DNA of 64,000 nt, taken from positions 372,001 to 436,000 of the forward strand of contig AP026141.1 in the NCBI GenBank assembly GCA_030295235.1, read 5' to 3'. This document shows, piece after piece, positions 10,853-23,152 of the stretch; the stretch's first letter is position 1, and each line of letters begins with the position of its first letter. The stretch is from Fistulifera solaris (Eukaryota). A program made the translations under genes and the position numbers. Below the pieces are notes generated by a model that was not told where the DNA came from, ran no database searches, and saw only the letters and a program-made list of their open reading frames with translations.

Positions 10853-12250
10853 CTAAAACGGGTCATCGTCGTGGTAATCTTGCGACGGCTCGTCCAAATC
10901 ATCGATATATTCCCACCGATGAGTGCTGCGGTCCGAGTCAAAGCTATCGATTTCGGCGACATCGGTCAAGGAATGCGTTCCGTCGTCGTCATCTTCTTCA
11001 TCATCTTCCATCTTGCGATCCATCCGAACTTTGACGCACTGCCCACTTCTCCAGGAAAGCCAAACCTTGCGCACCCAATGGATCTGCCTCAGCAAACGAA
11101 CCAAAATGACAGCTTTCATGTTGCGCAAAAACATCAAATACTTCGGCACATACTTAATAATCAACTGCAGCAGCCTTGATGCACCTCCGAGACCTGCTCG
11201 TTTGGTCTGCTTCGCAACATTGCCGAACAGGCGAAAGTGCCGTCCTCTCAGAACTCGAGTGACGCGAATTACCGCTTTGGTGCGAAAGAATGACTTTTGA
11301 AAAAAGCCACGTTGATTCTGTTTGTCAATGATCGGTTGTATGTAAAGAAGTTCTCCGGGAAAGAGAGAAACCGCATCGATAACGAACCACGTGGCCAAAT
11401 ACCTAGCCCATACTCGTACTGGTTCCTTGCATATCATTCCGTCGGAACATTTGTACTCCGTAACAAAGTTGAAGAGTATGTCGAGCACGAACCAAAACTC
11501 GCAAAACCTCAAGAAAAAGTTATTGCCGAACTGACGATCGCGAATCGACGAATGGGTGGCATAAGCATTCCCGATGGAAAGAATGACGGTCATGATGTCC
11601 CATAACAGTTTCAACGGATGTTCCGCGGGTATCAACCATCGCTGCTTTCTCCGCAAACGCCAATAATTCCAATCGTCCCTTCCTCGTTTCGGGCGACCAC
11701 GCATGGCACGACGCCGTGACCGCGGCGGTTCCCAAAGTCTTCGAACGACAGGCTCCAATATTATTTCTTCTTCATCTTCGACTCCTTCACGCTCTTCACT
11801 CGAGGAGGATGTTCGTAACATTTTGTCACTATGAGAGCGCACCAGCCGTCTTCGTAATGTTTCTTCGCTTCTGTCTTCCCATCGAGTTTCATCCAAAAGA
11901 TTCTCGGAAGAAATGCGATTCCCAAGTCGTGGGGACGTTGCGCAAATGTTTCGCTCCAGCAATAACGGAGTCACGTGACGACGTGGCTCCTCGAAATCGA
12001 TGAGCGTGGGGTCCAAGGGAGCCATAATGACTCCTCTTTGCAAGGAAGGATAGATCGGAAACGGCCTGTAAGGCTCGTGGCTTGTTTGTAATGCTTTTGC
12101 CTGCAACCGCGCTATGTGTGTTTTATTGCCGTCTCCTGGTGTGGGTGTGGCCGCCGGGAGGCTTCGGAAAACTGGTGGGGAAACGTGACCTGGTGTGGGG
12201 ACAATCAGTATCAGCAATGGTGTAGGAAGGGGTGGAGAACCTGAATTCAA
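10853..12250 (-). CDS. Membrane protein with KCNH/CNG-type S1-S4 (voltage-sensor-like) region; no pore or cyclic-nucleotide-binding domain visible
   Basis: IPAEHPLKLLWDIM (pre-S1), FWFVLDILFNFVTEY (S2), VWARYLATWFVIDAVSLFP (S3), Arg-rich RTKAVIRVTRVLRGRHFRLF (S4-like). Likely ATG is MAPLDP inside the ORF. Confidence 0.7.
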   Translation of the reverse strand: MNSGSPPLPTPLLILIVPTPGHVSPPVFRSLPAATPTPGDGNKTHIARLQAKALQTSHEPYRPFPIYPSLQRGVIMAPLDPTLIDFEEPRRHVTPLLLERNICATSPRLGNRISSENLLDETRWEDRSEETLRRRLVRSHSDKMLRTSSSSEEREGVEDEEEIILEPVVRRLWEPPRSRRRAMRGRPKRGRDDWNYWRLRRKQRWLIPAEHPLKLLWDIMTVILSIGNAYATHSSIRDRQFGNNFFLRFCEFWFVLDILFNFVTEYKCSDGMICKEPVRVWARYLATWFVIDAVSLFPGELLYIQPIIDKQNQRGFFQKSFFRTKAVIRVTRVLRGRHFRLFGNVAKQTKRAGLGGASRLLQLIIKYVPKYLMFLRNMKAVILVRLLRQIHWVRKVWLSWRSGQCVKVRMDRKMEDDEEDDDDGTHSLTDVAEIDSFDSDRSTHRWEYIDDLDEPSQDYHDDDPF

Positions 12251-12785
12251 TTCGGCGGGTCACCTGTCCCATTCTACATAACAGTGGAGACTGAAACGCT
12301 TTCCCGACTAAATAACGGTCAACGGCTTCGTGCCCTTACTACTATCTTGTGTCGCAGATGTCCTCGTGATAAAGAAGCTTCCGCGCGAGAACCACCCTCA
12401 ACGGACGTTTCAAGCGCGCACACCTTTTCACGTGCTTAGTACCGCTGGGATGATTATTGATTCGCAATCATAGTCAAAATAAATCAAAGGGCAAAGGACG
12501 CGAGAATCAAGAGTTGATGATCCTCTTGCAACTTTTGCAATGCAACTACCCTTTACTCCGTACGTAGTAAGTTGTCAATCATTTCATGGATTGCAATTGA
12601 ATAAGGTGTAACTGGTACCTGATTGACTCTTCCAAGTTCACATTAGTTCACAATATTTAATTTAAAGTCAGTTCGGCAGAATAGACAATTTACCGGAATC
12701 ACCAATCTCTTTCTTTTCGTGCTGGAGTCATTTCTCGGATTGTTCCTCGTTCGACTGCGTTCAAGACGACCACTACTTATATGAA

Positions 12786-14205
12786 ATGGATGAGCCGGGA
12801 CGAAAGAGGAACGAAAATCCTGGAGAGAAAGCTCGCGCCCTGGCCGGGCAATGGGCTGCCAGTGCCGGGCAAGCGATGCAGTCCTTGACGGTACGAAAGT
12901 ATACGTTACCCGACAAAAACGTGGCGTCGCAAGTGCTCATGTACCGACAATTGCTCCATACCAAATGCCGTCCGGGGCTCAAACTGTCGCGCGAATATCA
13001 AGGCACACCCGCGCAAAAGGCGGTGCTTCATATGCCATGGTGGAGCAAAGGGATCGAAGAATCCGGGACGATGGAAATTGCGTACGACCCGCTAATTCGT
13101 CGTTTATGGCTGCACGGGGCCATTTTTCCCATTCAAGACTCTCCCAATGAGGTCGATACGTTTTTAGACGACGAAGGAAACCCACCCGTACCGCATGAAT
13201 TCTGGGTATCACGTCTAGGGTTTCAACAAACAGATCCGGTAACGGACTTTCGTTCGGGTGGCGTTCTTTCGTTGGCAATGATGGTATGGATTGTAGAGTC
13301 CTGTCCAGCGGTGTTTGCTCGATATGTTCGACCGGACGGTGACGCATCCGTTTTACCTTTTGGAATTACGAGCATAAATTGTACCGATATGATGGCCAAG
13401 TTTCTCATGCTCGCCAAGGCCGTCGATCGAATGGATGCCCTCCTTTCACAAAAAACCGTTTTGGCGCATGTTTGCGGATCCCAATGCATTACTACTTTGT
13501 CAAGAACTCGCCATGGATATGTTAGCGGATGTAGTGGTGGAAGTACGATCCATCCGTCAAGCGGAAGCGGAAGCCTTGGAAAAGAAAGATAACGAGGAAA
13601 CCTCTTCCAAGGACAAGGTTGAATACGTCACGGTCTTTGATTTTGCTCATATTCTAGGGGTAACAGAAAAGCGAGTCGAACACGACTTGCTCGGTGCAGG
13701 ACCCGGAACAGTGGCGGAACTGCGCAGTATTCACAGCCGTTTGAAAACACGCTACAAACAGCAGTTGAGTAAAAAGTTGGAAGCCATACAGAAGAAGGAT
13801 GACGGTACAAACAAGCAGCAACCTTCGATTCGTCCATTGAGCGCGAACGCTGCGAAAGAGCTTCCACAACAAGTATTGCAACAAGCAACGGAACTCAGTT
13901 CGAAGGCCAGTGCTTTTGCGGGAAAAATGTTCACCAAGCTCAAATCTCCTGGGTTTACTCTGCAAAGTCCGATAAGAGCGACCAGCACCGAAAGCGAAGC
14001 CGTGGTGTTTGAAGATGGGAAAAAGGAGATGCAAGTACCTGCATTAGAAGACACAACCGTTGTGAAAACGGATATTAAAGAAGAGGATGTGATGGATGAA
14101 AAAAGCAGCCAGATTGATGATGGTGATTGGGTGGAAGCTGAAATGCCGACAACAACAGATATGGTAGGAAACTTTAGTATCGGTGATGATGACGAAGATC
14201 TGTAG
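12786..14205 (+). CDS. ELMO/CED-12 domain protein (ELMOD-like)
   Basis: ELMO signature W-x-RLGFQQTDPVTDFRSGGVLSL and LPFGITSINCT. A +1 frameshift in A-run 13450-13455 joins ORFs 12786-13592 and 13435-14205 (LSQKPFW). Confidence 0.85.
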
Positions 14206-14286
14206 TTGATAATCTTTATTACGGAGTATTCATTTATTCGAACAGATCAACATGCCCTCAGTACGCATTCTCTTTCGTGTTATCAT

Positions 14287-14835
14287 CTAATCAAAGCCAA
14301 TAAATCCTCCAACGCGTAGCATTTCTTCCACCTGTCCAGGTAAACTAATTCCGGTCCAGTATTCTGTCAAAAGTCCGGTGACAAGAAAGAACATGGCGGT
14401 TCGTCCGTTGATGAGTTCCGCCGTAGGAACCCAACCAACATTGATGGATGCTTCATACTCCTCCATTTCCCGTTGTGCCCTCCACTTGTCCTCCAATTTC
14501 CCCAAAGCCGCCGCCTGCATCGCGATCTGCTCCTGCGAAAGGACTTGTTTTCCCGGAATTTGCGTCGGATCCGAGATCCAGTCATCATCTTGCGCATACT
14601 TTTCATCCCAGTTGTAATCGCCGGGAATTTGGGGAAGTTCGGGACGGTCCGGATTTTGTGCTGGTTCGGCCATCATGTTGGGATTTTGTGCCAATTTGTC
14701 CTGCAAAAACTTGTTGTTGGCGACCGAGTCGTCCGACATGGAAAGACGCGTGTATGTTGTGCTAGAGACCGTTGGAATCACAAAGGCCGATGCGCACGTG
14801 ACAGTCATTGAAAGTAGAGCAATAAATCGGAACAT
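14287..14835 (-). CDS. Plastid one-helix LHC-like protein (OHP2/HLIP-like)
   Basis: Signal peptide ending CASA-F (bipartite plastid targeting); single chlorophyll-binding helix AELINGRTAMFFLVTGLLTEYWTG. Confidence 0.85.
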   Translation of the reverse strand: MFRFIALLSMTVTCASAFVIPTVSSTTYTRLSMSDDSVANNKFLQDKLAQNPNMMAEPAQNPDRPELPQIPGDYNWDEKYAQDDDWISDPTQIPGKQVLSQEQIAMQAAALGKLEDKWRAQREMEEYEASINVGWVPTAELINGRTAMFFLVTGLLTEYWTGISLPGQVEEMLRVGGFIGFD

Positions 14836-15565
14836 GATGCTGACTGGTGGAAGGTAAAGAAGAGTAAAGAGATTTCAGGGTGAGATAAAGTGAACATATA
14901 ACTTCATTCGAAGGCAAACATCAAAGCAAGTCATCCAATTAGTATAGACTATACAAATTTTTGGTTTCCGCGGCACGCCAACTCACATGTATTCCGCTAT
15001 AGATATTCGAAAACAAGACTTGCGTTGATTAAAATTAAGTATAACCTCGAGCAACTGTCGTGATTTGTTGCGATTCTTGGTAGGATGTGTTGAAATAAAA
15101 AGGCAATCACCATCGTGGTTTTTTCCTTTTGCGAGATGCTCTCGCACTCGGATCGAGTCAGTGACGTCCGTGAATCCGTCCGCAGTCTGTGAAGAAGCTG
15201 ATTCACGAAGTTTTGGTCCCTTGCATGACATCATCTATCTGCTTGCAGATGAAGCGACCACGTCATTCACTCCAATGTGATTTGGTTAAGAGAAAACCGT
15301 CTTTAGCTACCGCTAAGAGCTTGTTTCTGACATCCAAGTTCATATTATTTTAGTACACTGTATTATAATGTACAAAGGATGTCGGTTGCAACTTCTGACA
15401 CCGATGTTTGGGAACACGTTTGCGCAAAATGTCATCTTGCGAAGGAGAAAAAACGAAAAAAAGACCAGCATCGTCTTTCTTGCATTCATTATCTTTCGAC
15501 AACGTGTTCATTTTCATTCCCATTCCTTGGTAAACTTCTCCATTATACATTTAATTTATCACACA

Positions 15566-15974
15566 ATGACAAGACTTTCCCTCGTTGCACTTACAATTGC
15601 TCTCGTGCAGGTAGTAAATGGGTTCACGGGTGAGTTGCATTATCGTACGAGACGACGCGTTTGGACGGCCCCACACTACGATTGTGTCTAACAGATGCGA
15701 TTTACTCTTTCTAGTTCCCAGCATGAACTCTGTGCCACAAACTGCACTATTCATGGCCGATGACAATCAAGCAGCTCCCGTCAAGGAACGTGGTGTCAGT
15801 TTTGATCAGGACGGCAAATCGAACGTTTGGGCGATTGAACCCAAGGTCGAAATTTCGACCAAAAGTGGAGAAGAGCAAACCAAGACGGCCTTGATTGCGG
15901 GAGGAGGTCTCGTGGCGGCGGCCGTGGCAGCGGCGGCGATCTTGACGAATTTGCCGGATCCCAATCAGTTTTAG
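15566..15974 (+). CDS. Plastid-targeted Psb34/Ssl1498-like single-helix photosystem II protein
   Basis: Exon 1 MTRLSLVALTIALVQVVNG-FT (signal peptide + F); intron 15630-15714. Mature part DQDGKSNVWAIEPKV...TALIAGGGLVAAAV resembles the cyanobacterial Psb34 pattern G-x2-N-x-(F/W)-AIEPKV followed by one TM helix. Confidence 0.7.
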
Positions 15975-16213
15975 ATAAAGCGAGGGAATGTAGCTAACGA
16001 GACAAAGTCGGGTCAGAGTATTTAGTAAATTAAAGCGTGCCTTGTGACACCGAGTTTTGTCTCTCTTGGTTGATTCGTTGCTGTCATTTTGCTGTATCGT
16101 TCGCGACGAGCTTGGCGTTTTGATGATGTAGTGGGTACCGCTGGTCGGAGCAAACAGCGCCGGTGTTTTCGAGTGCAGCTTGGCTGTCATGTCTATTACT
16201 CATTTTTATGTAT

Positions 16214-17475
16214 CTACATTTTATTAGACGCGTACCTCTCATAGGTCGCGACGACCTTTATCTCTTCGACTCGTAAAAGGCACAATTGCGTCGCGACGAG
16301 GCCAGCCCCGATCAAAATGACCATGGCCATGTAATAGTGTGGGCCCACATCAAATACTACGGTCTTGTCATTATCATTCGGTACGTAAACGTGATCGAAG
16401 GGTTGATCCGGTGTCGCGCGGGGCTTCGTGCGAGTTTCCTTGGATGCCTTCCAACTTTCTCCTCTTTTCTTTACAGCTTCTCTGTCTCGTTGAATTTGCT
16501 TCGCATGGCTTTGTATGCGTTCCTTCATCTTGTCTTGATCATGATGTATCCTTGCATCCTTCGCTTCCTTTTTTTGCTTTGGTGTCTTCCTCTTCTTTTC
16601 CTGTTTCTGTATCATTCTCGGCCGTCCATTCCAATTCCAGCGCCTTCGTTCGGTACAGTGTGGTGGGGTCACTTGCCAGCGCATAAATTCCCGAAATGTA
16701 GATTGTGCGCTCTTCGTCTAACCGTAATTCAGGCCATTCATCACTCGCACTCACCAGCGCCATGTGCGGACACGATGTCGTACCACCGATTGTAGCACCG
16801 GCCGTGGCATGAATCACCAATGTCGCAAAGTCGGCATTCCGGAGGGCCACCCGGGGTTGTTCGACGGTCCCATCCATGTACAATTCCGCTGTTTCCGAAT
16901 GGACGATAGGACGACCTTCCAATGTGTCGATCGATGTCCAGTCAATGCTCGCACAATCTTGCATCAATGAGTCGTACCATTCCTTGTTGGGTTGCTCTCC
17001 GGCCGTCGGATGAATGACCAGTTCCGGAGTGAGACGCACGGCTTCATGGCCGGCGGCCCAACCCGCCCACACGGTCACGGGCGCGGAAGCATCGTTCAGG
17101 GTCAATTCGACAATATCCTTGCTGCGTCCCGCAATCCGACGATCCATGTCACACGATCCACCCACAAACGCTGCACCCGTTCCGTTCACTTCCATGACGT
17201 ATTGATAATCGGTGGATGGATTTTCGGTCAGGACCTGGAGTGCTACTTTCGTCGGAAACGTCGTACCGGCCGGCAAAGGTCCGTGGACGAGCCGAATGTG
17301 CATCATGGGATCGTCCGATTCTTCGTGACTGACAACACGGTGGTTCATGATGACTTCGTCGGTACTTAAATCCGTCCAGCAATTACTGCGTGATAATAAA
17401 TACGTGGCGAAGGATTGCGTCGGGCGGGGTCCGAAAAAGAAAAAAGACCGTGACGAGTGAACGCACGTATTGCAT
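16214..17475 (-). CDS. Type I membrane/secretory protein with a Reeler-like beta domain (possibly two), charged stalk and C-terminal TM
   Basis: Probable start MQYVRSLVTVFFLF (ATG 17475, +1 T-run frameshift near 17435). Beta-rich domain ending VWAGWAAGHEAVRLT. A +1 frameshift at T-run 16569-16575 links to TM YYMAMVILIGAGLVATQLCLL. The Reeler call is tentative. Confidence 0.55.
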
Positions 17476-18409
17476 TTTTTTTTGAAGGCCCGTTTGACTG
17501 CTTGTTGTATTTGCGATTCAATTGTGTTTTCCTCCGTCTTCAATAGGCGTAATTGAGAGATTTAGTCGCGGGTATAGAGCAATAATCTATTCGTCCTCCT
17601 ATCGATTTAAAGCCGCCATGGTCATTTTTTGAGTGTCATCGATCATCGATGTTTGTTTCGCGTCCCCACGAATGAGAGAAAGACACCAGTCACGAATCAC
17701 AATAATGAGTCATGAGTCGACCTATCAATCAATCGCGTGGCGGTCGCGGGGGCTAGTCGAAATAACGGGAATACCCGGAAGTGAAGTTTTGCCTCTTACA
17801 CTGGGGGATATTTATTTATGTCGACGTAAAGCAGCCATAAACTGGATCGATTCAAGCATGAGAAATGAAACTACTATCTCTCTCCAACGCCGTTTGCGTT
17901 TGACACGCGACATATTGTCAACAAGCAAAGCCCGCCATAGCTCGCTGAAAAGAGTGATCCATTGATGCTGCAACGAAAGAACGAAATCATTTATAAGTTG
18001 GAAAATATGCTGCTACCCTTTTGAAAGCGATCCTAAACTGGATTGATCATCCGATTGTCTGTGTTCGGAATCCTAACGACATCCCTGGCAAGTGTGGAAT
18101 TGACTCATATTGGCGACATGCGCCTAAATGAACGGTTGTGTACTATATCAAACTGTCTAATAACTAAGAAAAAGCAAGTTACAGGCATCGAATTTTGCTG
18201 CTCTGCTATTAGCGTCCTTGTTCGAAATAACTTGCTTGCCGGCACACGGACTATCGTTGTCCATCTTACCAAGGAGTCGAAAGGGCACCGGAACGCACAC
18301 AAAGATGTTTAGAACCGTGTCTTTGGGCGCGTCGTCATACCTGCACAATCAATCTGAAAAGAGCGGTATAGAGTTCTATTCTTCCCTTGGGAATTCACAG
18401 GCGTTGCTC

Positions 18410-21400
18410 TCAATGCATTCCTGCTTTCTCGTAATTGCGTTCCATCTCCTGCATTCGTTTCTGCTTCATCTCTAAAAACTTTTTCGTTCTTTCGCCAATT
18501 ACTTTGGCCCTGTTCAAAGCAGAAGGATCTAGGAACGGATGGCTCAAAACCATTTTGCAGGTTATCGTCGGCTCTGCTTTCGTCGTTAGAATCCAGATTA
18601 AAAAATCTTGTGCAAGGGGATCCATTATATGCTCGTAAATCGTATATTCAAGTTCCTCGTCGTCAATGTGCCGCCGCGTTATCTGGCTAAAGTTCGAAAT
18701 GCCGGAAATCAACGTGAAAATCAGAATTCCTAGCGCCCAAAAATCGAGTCTCGGGTTCGAAATCACAAGTGCGTACGGAAGCGATGGTAAGACTCGCGTG
18801 TCCAGTGCCTGGCTTTCAAAGAAGCATCTAGCGACAGTGAATGTTCCTTTCTTGACATCAAGAACTGGCTGAAGTGCAGAAGCTGCGATTTGGACACCGA
18901 AAAGTTTCTCGACCTGGCTCCAGTATTGCATATACATTTTATATTCAGATGGCGAAAGTGAGACGAAAAACTCAGGTGGGAGCGATTCCGAATTGAAGGG
19001 GAAAAGACCGTCGGGCTTAATGGATCCGAAGAAAGTATTACCGGTCGTTTTCGTCAAAGAATGCAACGATTGCAGACACCAATGTTTGTTTTCGCCGTAG
19101 CCACATAGGCAGATGTTCCTAGTGGTCACCTGACCGTGCACAAAACCCTTATCGTGGAGAAAGCTTAAGGTCTGCAGCAAATTTCGAGCCAAGCTACGGA
19201 TCTCATCGATTTCTAGAGGGCCGTATTCCATCAAGTATTCATGCAAGGTCCCCCGTGACGATGCAGGGTACACTAAAGCAAAAGGATAGTCTTTCAGGGT
19301 CAGCTCATGCTGTCTGGCTTGACTTGATTTGCGACTTCCGTATAAGGTGAGGCTCTTAAATCTGTCGTCGCCCGTATCATGCTTGTACATGCGATCTTGC
19401 TTTCTTTCAGTGCTCATAGCGGAGTAATAAGACAACAAAGGGGAAACTCCAATGTGTGGACAAGGTCCTCCGTCGACAGGGATGTCTAAAATTGTTCGAT
19501 GTTCGACTTCAGTCTTGTACTCTACCAGGTTCTTAGTAAACTTCATCCAAACTGGTCTCTTCCAATAGCTAAACGTCGCACCAATATCTGCCGGAAGTTC
19601 TCCGCTTGTCCATATTTGCTCCTCTGATATTCCAGGTCGCCTTGCATCAGTTTCTGTCTCGGTTGTAAAGATCCATTCGAATGCTCGAACGAGCAGGCTA
19701 GACCCTTCATCACTCCTATGGATTAGAATATCGTCCTCCGTATCAAACTCGTATTTTCCAAGAAAGTAGCAAGTTTTGTAAATGAGTTCGCGGCACTTAG
19801 GACTCGCCCTGTCTCGGAACGTCGAACCGAAGAGAGATTCGTTTGGTGGGAAATAAATCGCTGCAAATGGCGGCAAAGACATTGTTGTAAGAGTCTGAGC
19901 CGTTTCAAAGTCAATCTCTTCCAGTATCTCGCCGACTTGCAACGAGTAATTGTCGTTCGGATTGTGAGGCTCGCAGTAAAGCGAGAAGAAGGTCCACAAC
20001 CGAAAAGCGACTTCACTGATAAAACGAGATTTTTGGTGAGATTTGGGTGACAAAGAGCTATCCTTAGGAGGTCCGCCGTTCTCATCTACCTCCTTGCCAG
20101 AACCATTCAAACATTCACGTTTCTCCTTATTCGCTCTACGTTTCGCCTCTTCAAATAACAAGTCGACATTTGTGGTGTGACCCTCGTCTGTCGGCACGCC
20201 ACGCCGCTTTTTTCTTTTTCTTTGCCAGTCTTTTCTGATATTGGAGGTCTTGTACTTCATCTTGATAATCGATTTCTTCTTCGTCGTCATCATAATCGCT
20301 AGATAGGTATTCATCTTGGCTGTGGCTATCTTCTGATCCAGTAGTACTTCCCTCTTCGGCATTAGTTGGCAGATCATAGTCAAATTTGGTGTTCTCTTCG
20401 TCGTATATCGAAGAGGAATTGGGCACAATACCCAGATCGTGCTCGACGTCCGCCACATGCGTAGCCTTTTTTGATGCTGTGGCATTATGCGACCTCTTGA
20501 GCTGTTTTGGAATTACCACTCGACTCTCAGGATCCGAACCGAGAACAAGATTGGAGAGTGAGTGCGATATTTCCAGATCCATTTCGCGTTCTTGCTTGCT
20601 GTTCCCTTGATCGAGATGAAAAGTTCCCTTTCCGTTCAATTCATCAACGATCAAACGAACGCACTGAGACAGCAATCCTTGTCGATGCCGATGTGAACCT
20701 AATGTTGGACCAAAACTGTACAGCAGTTCTCTTATGTGATGCCATTCTTCCTGCTTGTCACGGAAACGAGATTGGCGCATATCATGAAGATCGAGAGGGC
20801 TATATGCGTGGCGGCTGTGGGTCGAGTAATGCAGTGCAGCATCCGGGTTCAGTTGCAACATTCGTAAAATATTGACATACGGAAGAGCTTCGAACATCAC
20901 AGTAAGATGGAGAGGAAGCATCCCGAATTGAGTATCTGCAAGCGTCAGTGTGCGTGGCTCAGCGGTCAGCGGACGCAGTAGTAGCGTAGATTTTTTTGAT
21001 GCAACGTCGTATTCTTCTTGTGAAGCATCCGAGAGAGGATTGTCGTCTGAAATTTGAGATCCGCAGGCAATGGAAATCATGGGCTCCGTAAGAATATTAT
21101 GAGCTGGTAAGTCATTCGAAGGACCAACCTGAAGCGCCGCTTGTGGGTACTTTTCCATTATGAGCTCAATGATATTCAGACACGCTCTGTTTTTGACTGC
21201 GTAGTGCAAGGGATACATGCCTGAAGCGTCCTCCATTTTCAAGCCCAGACGTCCATCAATGACTGTTCCGTGCGTCCCTGCTTCGTATTGTTGGAGTAAA
21301 AGTGATACCAAGGCGGCTGTTTGACGAGGCGCGGCAAACGGTGTGAATACACTGTGTAAGGGGACTTTCATGTCTTCCGTCGCGTGCACCAATGCATTGG

Positions 21401-22700
21401 GAAAATACTGCAGCAACAACTCAATTGTCGGCAAATCAACAGCACACTCCACAGCCAAGTGCAGCGGTAAACGGCCCATGGAGTCCTCTAGTGTAGCAAT
21501 GTTTATGGCCGCGGAGTCATCCGGGTGTTTGAGAAGCAAGTTCATTAACGATGAGCTCGGTGTAAACGCTGGAGGTCCTCCTTCTATCAGATCGTATCGC
21601 GTGCTGTTGGGTTTCTCGGTTTGCTGTAGATGGTTCATCGTTCCAAGGAGCACCATCAGCGGTGTTTGCATTGCAGAATCACGTGTCGCAAGTTGTCCCA
21701 CGTGACTGGCAAGGACTGATTGCAGCACTTGAATCGGAAGATGATTGGTATCGTGGAAGTAATTATACGCCACAAAGACACACGCCCAATGCAAAGGGGT
21801 TCTTCCCAGACAATCGGTAGTCCGCGCCACGCGACTACTGGTCAGCATCTGGACGAGCTCCTTGCTGATGGGATGACGCCACCAGGGTTCTCCCAACTCG
21901 CCCGAAACATCTTTCGCGTCGTCTCCCAACGATCCGGCCCCTAAATAGCGATGCAACGCCGTTCTTCCATACCGATCGGTGAAACTTTGCGAAGCGGGAT
22001 GTGCCTGCAGTAACACATGAATGGTGCGTAAGTTGGCTCCGTTCATCACCGCGTAATGCAACGGTACACAGCCATCGACCGCGTCGTGGACGACCGCCGC
22101 GGATCCAGTAGACGGGAAGGACGGCAACGGAAAGTCCCGCCGTGTTTCGTCATCCGCACAATCTCGGTCGGAGGCTGCAATCGTCAAGACATGCGAGCAA
22201 AGAGCCGCGACCAGCGTCGGTGATCGTTGGGGTGCATGATGGAGAAACAGATAATGCAAAGCCGTCTGGCCGAAACGATCGCGATGAATCAGAGATTCGG
22301 GACATGCCTTTGCCAGAATGACTATAACTTCATCGAGTTGGGGACTGACGGGATATCGGCAAGCGTATTGGATCGGTACGCGGTCGCGAGGACAGGTAGC
22401 TAGCAGGGCCGCCGGACCCAATTGACACAGCGCGGCACAGATTTCGGGAGGAACTTTGTGCAGGACGTTGCGCAACAATGATTCCCCCGAAGTACGATCG
22501 TGTCGTAATTCCGCTTTCAGTTCCGAGCAAGCCACAAAATGTGACGGTAACGGAGAATCGAACGGAAGATCCGGCGCATCGTCGATTTCGTCACAATGAT
22601 CTTCGAGATACTCCAAAACGTGCTTCCATTTAACTCCGCTATTGGGTACAGCCGCTGTGTCGATGAGCTTTTGCAGGGTACCAATCTTTCTACCGAACAT
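18410..22700 (-). CDS. Ankyrin-repeat protein with C-terminal kinase-like (probable pseudokinase) domain
   Basis: Many ankyrin motifs (GQTALHY, GCVPLHYA, GRTALH, GRTPLHWA, GRLPLHLA, GMYPLHYA, GMLPLHL). Kinase fold LSFLHDKGFVHGQVTTRNI, LPPEFF, DFWALGILIF, LSHPF. +1 frameshift at T-run 20208-20213. Confidence 0.8.
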
Positions 22701-23152
22701 GATTCAACTTTAATGCATTGTGCTAATAATCAGAGCTGTAGATTGTTATTTTGGCAGTAACAATGCGCTAGAGTCTATGTTCCATAATGAGCGCAATGTT
22801 GCGTTGTCGACTTTTTTCTCGTCATGGTTGATCGCACCGCGAGTGAAGATACAGTGTCTTAAATCGTACGGGTAATCGATATCTACTTTTTAGCGTACTG
22901 TCGTTTCTTCACCCCGTTCACGCACATCAACTTCAAGAAATTTTTCCCTTAGCTCTCTCTAGAGTCTAACTAACAATCTTCAATAGAGCAACGAAGAGCC
23001 GTTTTTGTTATTCTAATTACTTAAATACACCAACTTGGAACATCAATTGCTTCAATCGTTGCATAAGCTGCATGGTATGCTTCGTGACGGAAGGTCTGCG
23101 AAAAGTTTGGAATCAATGTTGCTAAATTATAAAAAGACACGCGTTTCCCATT

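Noticed and set aside
17633..18400. Short ORFs between the Reeler-like gene and the ankyrin-kinase gene
   Set aside because: No coherent protein features or splice pattern; may be UTR or an unresolved 3' extension of the kinase gene.
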